DNA of 64,000 bases from an uncultured delta proteobacterium (GCA_963845095.1 CAWJQM010000006.1:2786-66785); one strand, 5' to 3'; positions 28,397 through 39,528 are shown, counted from the stretch's first letter. Program-made: numbers and translations. Notes: generated by a model from the letters alone, not told the origin.

Positions 28397-30267
28397 ATGA
28401 ACGGCAATACAGGGAAAATTGTCAATGTGGACCTGACGGCGGGGAAGGCAACAGTAGAGATTCTGCCGGAGGAATATTACCGGAAGTATATCGGCGGCAG
28501 CGGTCTGGCTGCAAAGCTCTTCTGGGAACGGGGTGACTTCAAAGCAGATCCCCTGTCCCCGGAGGCGATGCTCCTGTTCATGAACGGTCCTTTTGCGGGC
28601 TTGCGTTTGTCCGGGGCAAGCCGGAACAGCGTGGCCGGTTGTTCGCCGTTGACCGGCCACTGGGGTGATTCCTCCTGCGGCGGTTTTTTTGCCCCGGAGC
28701 TGCGGTATGCCGGTTTTGACGGTATGATCCTGACAGGGAAGGCGGCCCAGCCTTCCGTGCTCCTGATGGTGGACGACAAAGTCACTCTCGAAGATGGAAG
28801 CGCTTACTGGGGGAAGGGAACAGAGGAGGTTACCGAAGGCGCTGAAGGCGAAGTACGGCAAGGACTACCGGACGCTGGTTATCGGGCCGGCAGCGGAAAA
28901 TCTTGTCCGCTACACAATGATCTTAAACGACGGGCACCATGCGACGGGACGGGCCGGCTTCGGCGCCGTTATGGGGGCGAAGAACCTCAAGGCCATCGTG
29001 ATCAAGGCGACGAAAAAGGAGATGACGCTCGCCGATCCGGCAGCTTTTGAGGACCTCCGCAAGGACCTCAATCGTGCGGATCAAGGAAGCCCTGGCGTCG
29101 AATGTTCTGCATGAGAACGGGACGGCGGCGAATCTGATGGGTGGTGTTTACAGCGGTGACGTTCCGGTCAAGAACTGGACCTCCAATTTCTGGGAGGAAG
29201 CGGCTGATGCCCTGACCGGCAGCACGCTCACGGACACGTATCTTACCCGCAGCGGGCGCCTGCGCCTATTGCGGAATTGCCTGCAAGCGTTATGTGGAGG
29301 TAAAGGAGGGACCGTTTGCTATTCCCGACGGACCGGGTCCGGAATACGAAACAATCGTCGCCTTCGGGACGCTGATCGGATCGATCGATCTGGCGGCTAC
29401 GTGCAAGGCCGGCCGGGTCTGCAATGACCTGGGTCTGGATTCCATCTCGGCGGGCGGGACGATTGCCTGGGCGATGGAAGCCTTCGAGACGGGGCGATCT
29501 TACCCTGGATGATACGGGAGGGATCGAGCTTGAGTGGGGGGACATGGACACAGTGATTAACAAGGTTCTTCCGGCTGATTTCCCGGCGGGAGGGTAAACT
29601 GGGCGAGCTTCTGGCGGACGGCAGCGTGGCGGCGGCCAAGAAGATCGGCAAGGGGTTGGACTACACCGTTCACAGCAAGGGGATGGAGGCGCCGATGCAC
29701 GATCCCCGGGGTGGCGGCCACGGCATGGCCCTGACGTATGCAGTGAGCCCGCGCGGCGCCTGCCACGTGGCAGACCCGATGCTCTTCGTGGAGATGGGGT
29801 CCCGATATTATCCGGAGATCGGCTTTGATTTTATGCTGGAGCCAAAAACGGGGGAGAACAAGGCGGAGGCGGCGGCAATGTCAGTCGCCCTGGGGGCGAT
29901 CGAGAACAGTGCCTGTTTCTGCCAATTCGCCGATGCGGAGGTGACGATTCCGGATTGGCTCGCGCTGTTCAACACCGTGGCCGGTTATGGCTGGGAGGCC
30001 GGCGACATGATGGCGGCGGGCAAGCGGGTTTTTTTCCTCAAGCGCCTGATCAATCACCGTTATGGTCTGACGGCGACCGACGATGCTCTGACACCCCGCA
30101 TGCTGGAACCGGGGAAAGACGGTGAGGCGGAAGGGTCGCAAGTGGATCTGGAGCCAATGAAGGCGCGGTTCTACGAATTGATGGACATCGATCCGGTCTC
30201 GGGCATTCCGACTCCGGCAGCTATGGCGGCGCTGGATATGTCCGGCGAAGCCAATCAGATCCGTTAG
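28397..30267 (+). pseudogene. tungsten-type aldehyde:ferredoxin oxidoreductase (AOR family), about five frameshifts
   Basis: The AOR N-terminus is GKIVNVDLTAGKATVEILPEEYYRKYIGGSGLAAKLFW. The sense reading switches frame near 28825, 29065, 29250, 29490 and 29570. Conserved strings are recovered across frames: VIGPAAENLVRY..GRAGFGAVMGAKNLKAI, GACAYCGIACKRYVEVKEGP..GPEYET, LISRREGKLGELLADG, and HDPRGG at the C-terminus. Confidence 0.8.
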
Positions 30268-30301
30268 GGGCAACCTTTTTTCCATTGGTAGGTGTTTTAT
30301 C

Positions 30302-30333
30302 CGGAGGGGATAGACGGAAAGATATCCCCTCCG
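30302..30333 (+). terminator. stem-loop downstream of the AOR gene (no U-tract)
   Basis: An 11-bp perfect stem (CGGAGGGGATA / TATCCCCTCCG) with a 10-nt loop, 35 nt after the stop codon. Confidence 0.4.
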
Positions 30334-30481
30334 CAGTCAGCTGCCGGGCTCCTGCCGCTGCCGGGGATGGAAATCCAAATATGGATTGTTGAAAAACGAC
30401 ATGTTGTACAGCTTGTCGGGCTTCTTGCGGTGGCGAGTTAATAAGTATTTGAAATAATATCACATCTCTCATGTCGTAGTT

Positions 30482-30497
30482 TGGCATCTATTATGCT
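30482..30497 (+). promoter_or_regulatory. sigma54 (-24/-12) promoter
   Basis: TGGCAT-ctatt-ATGCT. GG (30483-84) and GC (30495-96) have the canonical 12-nt offset. It lies about 280 nt upstream of the SBP gene. Confidence 0.6.
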
Positions 30498-30775
30498 TGT
30501 TGTTTCATAATCGTTAATTAATACAAACCTTCTCGAAAGAAATATCAGGGCGAAGGTATCCTGATGATGACCGGGTCTTTTTCAGCAGGACTATGGACGT
30601 CGTGGCAGCGAAGAGCAAAATCCGCATATCGAACCCGGGAAAGATTGATCTTTCCGCAGGTTTTTTAAGGAGGTGGATATATCCAGACTATCCGGCCTGC
30701 AGAGGCTGGTTGGCCAATCCGTAACGCATCACTGTCAAAAGCAATATCTACTTTAAAAAAGGAGGGATTGTCGTT

Positions 30776-32125
30776 ATGTATATGGAGGCAAAATCAGTTG
30801 TAAAGCACGGGTTGGGTTTGTTGCTGGCTGTTTTATGCTCATTTATTTTTGCATCCGGGGCGGGAGCGGCCGATGTAATCAAAATCGGCATATCGGGTCC
30901 AATGAAGTTTCCCGCCGGAGAACACATGTTCATCGGCGCTCAGTTGGCGGCAGAGGAAATTAATGCCAAAGGCGGAGTCAATATTAGCGGCAAGAGTTAC
31001 AAAGTCGAGATCGTCAAGGCTGATTCCAATGAGTACCTGAGCGTTCCGGATGCGGTAAGCGCTTTAGAGCGCCTCCTGACGGTGGATAAGGTTAATTTCG
31101 TCATCGGCGGAGCGAGATCGGAAGCCATTCTTGCCCAGCAGGAAGTTATGGCCGAGAATAAAATCATTTACATCATGTCCGGCGGCGGAAGCCCCAAACT
31201 CACCGAGCAGGTTGCCAAAGATTATAACAAATACAAATACTTCTTCCGCACAACTACGCCCCATACAGGTTATCAATTACGGAGTTTGAGCGCTGCCATG
31301 GATGCTCTCGCCCAGCAGATCAGACGCGATCTGGGCATTCAAAAGCCTAAAGTTGCCCTGCTCATGGAAAAGATTTTAACAGGGGATGCAATGATTGCCG
31401 TCGCTCAGGAAGTTGTACCCAAACTGGGAATGGAAATCGTCGGCACGTGGCGCCCCTCTCCCACCACCAACGACATGTCTGCCGAATTGAGCGCCATCAA
31501 GACTTCCGGCGCCCATATTATACTGACACTGTTTACGGGACCGGCCGGGATTATTTTTGGGAAGCAATGGGGTGAACTGGAAGTTCCGGCCATTCCGATC
31601 GGTACCAACATAGAGGCACAATTGTTGAGATACTGGAAATCAACCAACGGAAAATGCGAATATGAACTGGTGCTCAACCCCGTGGTCAATGCCAAGGTCA
31701 GCCCTAAAACCGTACCGATCTTTGAAAAATACGTTAAAAAAACGGGGGATTATCCGTTTTACACCGCAATGGGCGCCTATGATGGAGTGTATCTGCTCAA
31801 AGAAGCCGCGGAAAGGGCAAAATCACTCAACAGTGATCAAGTCGTAGTCGAGATGGAAAAGACTGATTATCAGGGAGTTGCCGGAAGGATTGTTTACAAT
31901 GACAAAAATGATCCGCTGCCCCATGACTTAAAATATGGCGCCCGGTATTTAACCATATTCGTCCAGCAATGGCAGAAAGGAAAACTGGTAACGGTCTGGC
32001 CGGACGGCAATGAAGTCAATCCTGCCGTGGGTGCGGGCACCGGTTGGAAAGGCATCAAGTTTCCCGGTACAGTTCCGGCAAAACTGCCTCCGGTAATGAT
32101 CAAGTATTGGAAAAAATCAAAATAA
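30776..32125 (+). CDS. ABC transporter periplasmic substrate-binding protein (LivK / Peripla_BP_6 type)
   Basis: AAAGGAGGG RBS. The signal peptide ends in ASGAGA. The strings IKIGISGPMKFPAGE and ADSNEY are present. Confidence 0.85.
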   Translation: MYMEAKSVVKHGLGLLLAVLCSFIFASGAGAADVIKIGISGPMKFPAGEHMFIGAQLAAEEINAKGGVNISGKSYKVEIVKADSNEYLSVPDAVSALERLLTVDKVNFVIGGARSEAILAQQEVMAENKIIYIMSGGGSPKLTEQVAKDYNKYKYFFRTTTPHTGYQLRSLSAAMDALAQQIRRDLGIQKPKVALLMEKILTGDAMIAVAQEVVPKLGMEIVGTWRPSPTTNDMSAELSAIKTSGAHIILTLFTGPAGIIFGKQWGELEVPAIPIGTNIEAQLLRYWKSTNGKCEYELVLNPVVNAKVSPKTVPIFEKYVKKTGDYPFYTAMGAYDGVYLLKEAAERAKSLNSDQVVVEMEKTDYQGVAGRIVYNDKNDPLPHDLKYGARYLTIFVQQWQKGKLVTVWPDGNEVNPAVGAGTGWKGIKFPGTVPAKLPPVMIKYWKKSK

Positions 32126-32134
32126 CTTAACTGA

Positions 32135-32181
32135 CTGTTGCGGATAAGCGCATTTTGCCATTTGCCGCTTATCCGCAACAG
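32135..32181 (+). promoter_or_regulatory. intercistronic stem-loop after the SBP gene
   Basis: A 16-bp perfect inverted repeat (CTGTTGCGGATAAGCG / CGCTTATCCGCAACAG) with a 15-nt loop. Confidence 0.55.
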
Positions 32182-32230
32182 ATCATGTTTCTCACACAGG
32201 CAGCGTCAAATACAGGGAAAGGTTGGCATC

Positions 32231-33112
32231 ATGAACGGGATCTTTTTGGATATATTTATTCATGGCCTGGCGTATGGGGGAATGATCGCCGTGTTGGCGG
32301 CAGGTTTCTCCTTAATCTTTGGTGTCGCGAAGATTGTCAATATGGCTCACACCTGCTTTTATATGATCGCCGCCTTCATCATTTTTATTATTTCCAGCCA
32401 ATTGGGATTCCCGCTCTGGATTTCCACGCTATTGGGCATTATCCTGACAAGCATCATTGCCATGATCTGCTACAAACTATTTTTTGACCGCATCAAACAA
32501 CACGAAACAGCGGTCATGATTGTATCCGTCGCTTTGGCTCTCCTGTCGCAGGAAATAATGCTGCTCATCTTTGGTGCGCATTATTATCCGTTTCCTTCGT
32601 TTATTTCCGGTTTTCTCGATATCGGTGTGGTCCGGATTTCCTATAACCATGTGTTTGCTTTTTCGGTTAGCATCATTGTCGTTGCCATACTCTTTTATCT
32701 TTTGGCAAAAACACGCCTGGGAAATGCCATCCGCTGCGTTGCCCAGGACCGGGAAGTTGCCAATCTGATGGGCATCAATGTCAGCAGAATCTCCATGATC
32801 ACGATGGTTATATCAGCCGTTTTGGCCGGGATTGCCGGTGCAGCAGTCGCGCCGATCTTCATGGTGCATGCCTTGATGTGGGTGCAACCCCTGGTGATGG
32901 TCCTTGCGGCTGTCGTCCTGGGAGGCCTGGGAAGCATCAAGGGGAGCATCATTGCCGCCTTTATTCTGGGCTTCGCGGAAAGCGCCGTCATTTTTCTCGT
33001 CCCGGACGGGAGTTTTCTGAAAGGAGCTGTCTCTCTCAGCGTGATGGTCCTGGTGCTGATCTTTAAACCGGAGGGGCTCTATGGCGTTGTTTTTGAGGAG
33101 GAGAGATTATAA
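32231..33112 (+). CDS. HAAT-family ABC transporter permease (LivH-like)
   Basis: Probable start at ATG 32231 (MNGIFLDIFIHGLAYGGMIAVLAAGFSLIFGVAKIVNMAHT). The ORF-track start at 32138 lies inside the hairpin region. Confidence 0.85.
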   Translation: MNGIFLDIFIHGLAYGGMIAVLAAGFSLIFGVAKIVNMAHTCFYMIAAFIIFIISSQLGFPLWISTLLGIILTSIIAMICYKLFFDRIKQHETAVMIVSVALALLSQEIMLLIFGAHYYPFPSFISGFLDIGVVRISYNHVFAFSVSIIVVAILFYLLAKTRLGNAIRCVAQDREVANLMGINVSRISMITMVISAVLAGIAGAAVAPIFMVHALMWVQPLVMVLAAVVLGGLGSIKGSIIAAFILGFAESAVIFLVPDGSFLKGAVSLSVMVLVLIFKPEGLYGVVFEEERL

Positions 33113-34189
33113 TGGGGCATTATCTGCGCTTATTCTATCAGATTATTAAAGGAGAACTCCTCGATATACCGGGAAGGGTCATTGCTTTTATCTTTGTCAT
33201 CGGGTTGCTGGTTCTGCCGCTTATCTCTGATCAGTCTTATCTCCTGAGGATTATGACGCTGGCGGCAATTTATGCCATCTATGCCGCCAGCTGGGATCTG
33301 CTGGCAGGATTTTCCGGGCAGGTCAATCTGGGACATGCCCTGTTTTTCGGCGTATCCGCATATGTCGGAGGAAAACTCAATCTTGTTTTCGGACTGCCTC
33401 CGTGGGTCACAATTCCTCTCGGCGGAATTTGTGCGGTTCTGGTCGGTATGGTTGCCGCCATACCGGCTCTGAGATTGCGCGGGTTTTATCTTGCTTTGGT
33501 CACTCTTGCCCTGCCGATTATTCTAACCGGCATTATTTTTATTTTTCCGAATTTTACAGGCGGGGAGCTGGGGCTTTATGGTGTGAAGAGATTATCAAGT
33601 TCCCGGATGCTTGATTATTACATAATTGTTATCGTTATGCTGATATCGGTCTTCATCATGTATAAGATTACCGATGCTGAAAGCAAATACCTGCGGACCG
33701 GGCTTAATTCTGCATGCCCTGCGTGAAGACGAAATCACCGCCCGGGCATCCGGCATCAATACCATTCGTTATAAGCTCATGGCCTTTGCCGTAAGCGGAT
33801 TTTTTTCCGGGATAGCCGGTGGTTTATATGTCCATTACATGAAAATCGCCGGTCCTTCCACGCTGGAACTGTTCTTTTCCTTTCAGGCGATTCTCTGGAC
33901 AATTTTCGGAGGCATGGGTACCATATACGGCGCCGTGGCGGGCGTTTATTTACTGTACCCGCTGATTGAATTCATCAGGATCGTTCCCCGGGGAGATGAC
34001 ATCCGGTTCATCGTGTTTTCCGTGGTATTGATCCTCGTGCTCCTCTTTATGCCTCAGGGCCTCACCACGTGGGTCCGGGATAAAATTGAAGTTATCTGTC
34101 CGCGCTGCAAGCTGATTAATGCAGCTTATCGGCACAATTGCCGCGCCTGCCGTGCCAATCTTCAGAGAGAAAAAATGGAAATGCAGTAA
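33112..34189 (+). pseudogene. HAAT-family ABC transporter permease (LivM-like) with C-terminal zinc-ribbon tail, one frameshift near 33700
   Basis: ORFs 33112-33726 and 33674-34189 join as ...KITDAESKYLRTG / LILHALREDEITARASGIN. GQVNLGHALFFGVSAY signature. The tail reads CPRCKLINAAYRHNCRAC. Confidence 0.8.
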
Positions 34190-34212
34190 TTCGACAAAAG
34201 GAGGCAACGAGG

Positions 34213-35908
34213 ATGATGTCCGTCTACAAGAACAGACCTTGGCTCAAAAACTATTTACCCGGCGTGCCCGCCGATCTGGACATCCCCGAAATTTCCGTGA
34301 ATGAATTATTCGATGCGATTGTCAAAAAATATCCTGATCGCAATGCCATAAATTTCTACGGCAGGAAGATTACTTACGGAGAATTACGGGATAAAATTCT
34401 GCGTTTTGCTAAGGCCCTGCATCAATTGGGATGTGAAAAAAGGTGATCGTGTTGCGCTGCTGCTGCTCAATACGCCCGAACACATTATTGCCTTTTATGC
34501 CGCCTTGAGAATCGGTGCGGTTGTTACTGCGATCAGCCCTGTATATGTTTCTTCCGAAATCAGGCATCAGTTGGAAGACAGTGGAGCGGAATTATTGATT
34601 TGCCAGGATATACTTTATGAAGTGGTACGGAAAACCGGCATCACATTCCGGCAGGTGATTTTAACGAGCGTGACCGAATCGCTTCCGGCAATGAAAAAAC
34701 TTATGGGGAAAAGCATCCTGAGGGGAGTTTACCAAAAAATGGCGGCGCCCCCGGCTGATATAAAGAACCGGGGCAATTTTCACGACTTCCAAAAACTGCT
34801 GGCCGGGCATACACCGGATCCGCCGCTGATCACTATTGATCCCAAGCAGGATCTGGTGACCTTACCTTATACGGGGGGAACCACAGGCAAACCGAAAGGT
34901 GTCATGATCACGCATTACAACATCGTGGCCAATCTTTATCAGTTTAAAAACTTTTTATCCGTTCTCGAGGAAGGAAAAGAGACATGGATAAGTTATATGC
35001 CTTTTTACCATGCCGCCGGACAGGTTATTGCACTGCTCAATGGAATCCTGCAGGGCTTTACCCTGATTGTGATGACCAATCCCGATATCGATGATATCCT
35101 GAGCGCTGTTGTAAGCACACAGACAAGCACTTTTTTCGGTGCGCCCACGATTTATGAGATTTTAAAAGACCATACGAAAACAGACCGCGTCCCCTGGAAA
35201 TCGATGAAGGTGATCCTCTCCGGGGCAGACGCCCTTCATGAATACACCGCCCGCGACTGGAAGAAGCGGACGGGAACAGATATTCAGGAAGGTTACGGTA
35301 TGACCGAATGCACCGCCGTCACGCATGAAAACATACCCGGCAATATCAGAATAGGATCAGTCGGCGTACCTATCTGCAATACTCTGGCCGCCATTCTCGA
35401 TCCGGACAAGGACGAATTTTCTCCCCTCAATGAAATCGGGGAAATTGCCATCATCGGTCCCCAGGTGACCAAAGGATATTGGAATAATCCCCCGGCAACT
35501 CAGGATTGTATTGCCACGATCGACGGGGAAAAGTGGTGGCGGACGGGTGATTTGGGGAGAATGGATGAGAATGGTTTCTTCTATGTCTATGACCGTAAAC
35601 GCGACCTGATTAAGTATAAGGGATTGCGGGTTTATGCGCGCGAGGTGGAAGAGGTCCTGAAAACCCATCCGAAGATTAAAGAGGTCGGAGTCATCGGCGT
35701 AAAAGATATAAAAGTCGGTGAAATTGTCAAGGCTCTGGTCGTTCTGGAATCCGATGCGCGCGGCAGCTTATCGGAAAAAGATATCCTCGAATACTGCAAC
35801 GACAAGCTTGCCCATTACAAACTTCCCGGTATCATCGAATTTGTCGGTGAACTTCCCCGCACGGATGTTGGCAAAGTATCCCGTCGAGAGCTCAGGGAGG
35901 AGGAATGA
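34213..35908 (+). pseudogene. acyl-CoA synthetase (AMP-forming), one frameshift near 34427
   Basis: AAGGAGG lies 9 nt upstream of ATG 34213. The join is ...AKALHQLG / VKKGDRVALLLLNTPE; deleting one a in ttgggAtgtg restores the frame. Motifs LPYTGGTTGKPKGVMITH, GYGMTECT and WWRTGDLGRMDENGFFYVYDRKRDLIK. Confidence 0.8.
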
Positions 35909-36706
35909 TCATGGAAGCCCCTCTCCTTGAAGTCGAAGCAGTGACAAAATCTTTTGGCGGGCTGAAGGCGGTCGACAACGCCAGTTTCTTTGATTCAGCG
36001 CGACGAAATGGTGGGGTTGATCGGACCGAATGGCGCCGGCAAATCAACACTCATCAGACTTATGTCGGGAATCCTGAAACCGACAGCGGGCAAAGTCCGT
36101 TTTAAAGGGGAAAATATTATTGACCGGCCTATCTGGGAAATCGTCAATATGGGGATTGCCTCGACGTTCCAGGTTGTTAAACCTTTTCGGCACCTGCCGG
36201 TTTTGGCCAACGTCATGGTGGCCTGCCTCTCGAAAAGGGCAAAACGTAAGGGAGAATGGATCAAGACCGTTGAGCTGCGGGCGCGGGATGCCCTGGAGTT
36301 TTGCGGCATCGCCGATCTTGCGCTGGAACCGGCATCAATCCTCTCTCATGGTGATTTAAAGAGGCTGGAACTGGCCCGGGCGATTGCCACCGAGCCGGAA
36401 CTTCTTCTTCTGGATGAACCCTTTGGCGGTCTGAACCCGGCGGAGACCGCTCTTATCGCCAGATCTCTGAAACGGCTCCATAAGGGAGGCCGCTTCGGGA
36501 GGCTGCATAGTGAAGGGCCCGCCATGCTGATCGTTGAACACAAGTTGTCCGATCTGATGCCTATTCTGGACCGTGTCATCGTGGTGAATTTTGGAGAAAT
36601 CATCGCTATGGGTACTCCGGAAGAAGTTGTGAAGAATCCATTGGTCGATCGAAGCTTATATCGGAAAGGAGGTATCACAACTTGTATCTTGAAGTCAGCA
36701 ATCTGA
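35905..36706 (+). pseudogene. HAAT-family ABC transporter ATP-binding protein (LivG-like), one frameshift near 35985
   Basis: The ATG overlaps the ligase stop codon (ATGA). The join is ...GGLKAVDNASF / LIQRDEMVGLIGPNGAGKSTL. Walker B LLLDEPFGGL. Confidence 0.8.
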
Positions 36707-37431
36707 GCGTGCTTTATGATCGGGCGATCGTTCTGAACAGGGTCAGCATCAACGTTGATCATGGGGAACTGGTCAGTCTTGTGGGACCCAACGGCGCCGG
36801 AAAGACAACCCTTTTAAAAGCCGTGAGCGGCTTGATCCGGTGGGAAAAGGATACCCTCAAAGGCACCGTTCAGGGAAAAATCACCCTGGAAGGCCGTGTT
36901 ATTTTCGACGGGGAGGACATCACCAATATCCCGGCTTATGAAATCGCCGAAAAAGGATTGATCCTTTGTCCGGAAAGAGGAAGGCCGTTTCGGGAAATGA
37001 CCGTTGAAGAAAATCTCGATGCCGGTGCATTTCTTTGTAAAAACAAATCGCTGATTAAATCGAGCAAAGATAAAGTTTACCAGCTTTTCCCAGTCCTGAA
37101 AAAAAGGTCGCAGCAGGTTTCCGGCACCTTGTCCGGAGGAGAGCGCACGATGCTTTCTATCGGACGAGCCTTGATGTCGCAGGCCAAGCTTCTTCTGATT
37201 GACGAACCTTCTACAGGGCTTGCCCCGATCGTCAAGAAGGATCTCTTTGCCCGAATTCGGGATGTTCACGGCTTGGGAATCACGATTCTGCTGGTCGAAC
37301 AGGATATCGGGTTTGCGTTCGATCTTTCCACCCGCAATTATGTTTTGTCTCAGGGCAAACTCATCGCCGAGGGGTCGCCCAAAGAACTTCTCGCCGATGA
37401 AACCATAAGAAAAACATATCTTGGTCTATAA
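36682..37431 (+). CDS. HAAT-family ABC transporter ATP-binding protein (LivF-like)
   Basis: GGAGG lies 9 nt upstream of a TTG start. Walker A GPNGAGKTT, signature LSGGERTML and Walker B LLIDEPSTGL. Confidence 0.85.
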   Translation: MYLEVSNLSVLYDRAIVLNRVSINVDHGELVSLVGPNGAGKTTLLKAVSGLIRWEKDTLKGTVQGKITLEGRVIFDGEDITNIPAYEIAEKGLILCPERGRPFREMTVEENLDAGAFLCKNKSLIKSSKDKVYQLFPVLKKRSQQVSGTLSGGERTMLSIGRALMSQAKLLLIDEPSTGLAPIVKKDLFARIRDVHGLGITILLVEQDIGFAFDLSTRNYVLSQGKLIAEGSPKELLADETIRKTYLGL

Positions 37432-37506
37432 GCCCAAAAAGCGGCACGGCCCAACGGGAAGCGGCAGTATTTGACAAAGTTCTTCAGGTGGCTTATAGAA
37501 TCTTCC

Positions 37507-39111
37507 ATGAAGAGAGGAAAAAAAGCAACACCGGTGCTGGTTGGCGCCGCCCAATATACCCAGCCCAAAAATGCTGCTCCTGCGCTCGATCCGCTGGGAC
37601 TCATGATCAAGGTCAGCCGAGCGGCGTTTGCCGATGCTGGTAGCGCCGGCCTGGCGGCGCTGATTGATACCGTATGTGTGGTCAATAGTTTTTCCCGGGA
37701 TGATGAAAGAGCGCCTCATGCGTTGGCGGCGGCATTGGGCCTCCGGCCGCGGGAGTTCATCTATTCGACAATCGGCGGTAATTCACCCCAGAAGCTGGTC
37801 AACCGTTTTGCCCGGGATATTGCCGCAGGCAGAAGAAAGGCGGTATTGATCTCCGGTGCGGAAGCCGTTTATGCCTTGTATCGGGCATCGCGCGGGAAAA
37901 CAGCACTCCATTGGCCGGACAACATAACCCTTCAGCAACTAAACGCGCATAATCTGCCTATCAATTTTGACGCCATGCTTCGTCTGGGTTGCGACCATGA
38001 ACAGGAAATACTCGAAGCACGAGGCGATAAGTATGAAGAACCCAACAACAGGGTCGAAAAAACCTACGATCTTTTCCTGCCCCAGTATATGTATCCTTTC
38101 TTTGAAACCGCCCTGTGCAGCATAGCCGGCAGAACACCGGAAGAACACCGCCTCTATATAGGCAGGCGCTATGAACGCCTTTCCCGGATTGCATCTTTGA
38201 ATCCCTATGCCTGGAACCGGAAGGAACTATCGGCCGAGGAAATTTCGCAGCCCTCATCGCATAACCGTTTTGTGGTCTATCCCTACACCCTCCGCATGAT
38301 GTCCAACATCAATGTGGATCAGGCGGCGGCGGTGATTATGACCGGTGCGGACGATGCTGCAGCGCTGGGCATCGAAAGTTCAAAATTGGTTTATCCCATG
38401 GGCGGCGCGGAGTTGAATAATATCTGGCATGTCACACAAAGACCGCGGCTTGATGATTCGCCGGCCATTACGGAAGCGTCCCGGTTAGCCCTGCGTCAGG
38501 CGGGCTTGTCTCTGGGCGATATCGGGGTATTTGATCTGTACAGCTGCTTTCCTTCAGCCGTGGAGATTTCCCGCCGGGCGATCGGCATTGAGGAAAATGA
38601 TTCCCGCGATTTATCGGTGACAGGAGGGCTGGCTTATTTTGGCGGTCCCGGGAACAATTATTCCCTGCACGCCATCGTTTCCAGCATGGAGCGCATCCGC
38701 CGGGATCGTCGCTTAAAAGCGATGGTCACGGCTAACGGCTGGTACAACTCCAAGCATGCCATCGGTATTTATGGTGCCGAGCCTCCCGATCAACCCTGGG
38801 AGGATCAAGACTATTCAGAAATCCAGAAAGCAATCGATGCTGCAGCTTTACCCGAACCTGTGGAACATGCATACGGTCCTTTAAAGATCGAGGCCTATTC
38901 TATTCGCTATGATGCGACCGGGAATCCGGAGCTTGTAACCGTCATGGGACGCCTGCAGAACGGCTGCCGCGCATTGGCCGATGTTCAGGCAGAGGCTCGT
39001 GAACTCAAAAAGCTGGAACAGATCAATCTGACTGGAAAGACAGGTGAAGCAAGATATAGCGCACTAGCAGGCCGCAATCACGTGGTGTTTGATCCTTTCC
39101 TGCAGTTGTGA
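37507..39111 (+). CDS. thiolase-like (SCP-x / non-condensing type) protein with C-terminal OB-fold (DUF35-like) extension
   Basis: The N-terminal VLVGAAQYTQ and central/C-terminal LYSCFPSAVEI and GGLAYFGGPGNNYSLHAIV match the thiolase-like fold. The last ~120 aa (GPLKIEAYSIRYDATGNPELVTVMGRLQNGCRALADV) resemble the OB part of DUF35 proteins. Confidence 0.65.
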   Translation: MKRGKKATPVLVGAAQYTQPKNAAPALDPLGLMIKVSRAAFADAGSAGLAALIDTVCVVNSFSRDDERAPHALAAALGLRPREFIYSTIGGNSPQKLVNRFARDIAAGRRKAVLISGAEAVYALYRASRGKTALHWPDNITLQQLNAHNLPINFDAMLRLGCDHEQEILEARGDKYEEPNNRVEKTYDLFLPQYMYPFFETALCSIAGRTPEEHRLYIGRRYERLSRIASLNPYAWNRKELSAEEISQPSSHNRFVVYPYTLRMMSNINVDQAAAVIMTGADDAAALGIESSKLVYPMGGAELNNIWHVTQRPRLDDSPAITEASRLALRQAGLSLGDIGVFDLYSCFPSAVEISRRAIGIEENDSRDLSVTGGLAYFGGPGNNYSLHAIVSSMERIRRDRRLKAMVTANGWYNSKHAIGIYGAEPPDQPWEDQDYSEIQKAIDAAALPEPVEHAYGPLKIEAYSIRYDATGNPELVTVMGRLQNGCRALADVQAEARELKKLEQINLTGKTGEARYSALAGRNHVVFDPFLQL

Positions 39112-39528
39112 ATATCGGCCGCATAAACAATTTTCATTGCTGATGTCCCGCCTCTTGTTGATCCTACTGTAACATATTCATTTCCAGCTCTCCACAAGTC
39201 AATCAGATACTTCCCTGTCGATCAATTCATGGCGGGATAACTTGTTGAATTTACTTTTAAAAAATTGAATTGGATAAATAGGCTCAAGATGGCCAGGTTT
39301 CTTAAATAATCCTTGACATTAAAGAAATATTAAGGTACTGCAACAGCGTATCATAACCGGCGGTCATACAATGACCGATGTTCACAGAAGTTCCAACAGA
39401 ATCATTTTGGAGTAATCCAAAAACAAAGCCTAATTTCTTCGCCTGACGACGGGTATGTTTATTAAAAGTAACCGTGTAAAAATCGGGAAATGTCTGGAGT
39501 TGACAGGAACAGAGCAATCCGCATTTCC

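Noticed and set aside
28397-30267. Programmed ribosomal frameshifting or selenocysteine/stop read-through as an explanation for the broken AOR, ADH and thiolase genes.
   Set aside because: The frame changes go in both directions and occur several times per gene. They lack slippery heptamers or downstream structures. They are not at in-frame TGA codons followed by continued homology in the same frame.
39302-39517. A 71-aa minus-strand ORF in the long spacer upstream of the beta-oxidation operon.
   Set aside because: There are no start context or motifs. The spacer more likely holds promoter, operator or leader elements.
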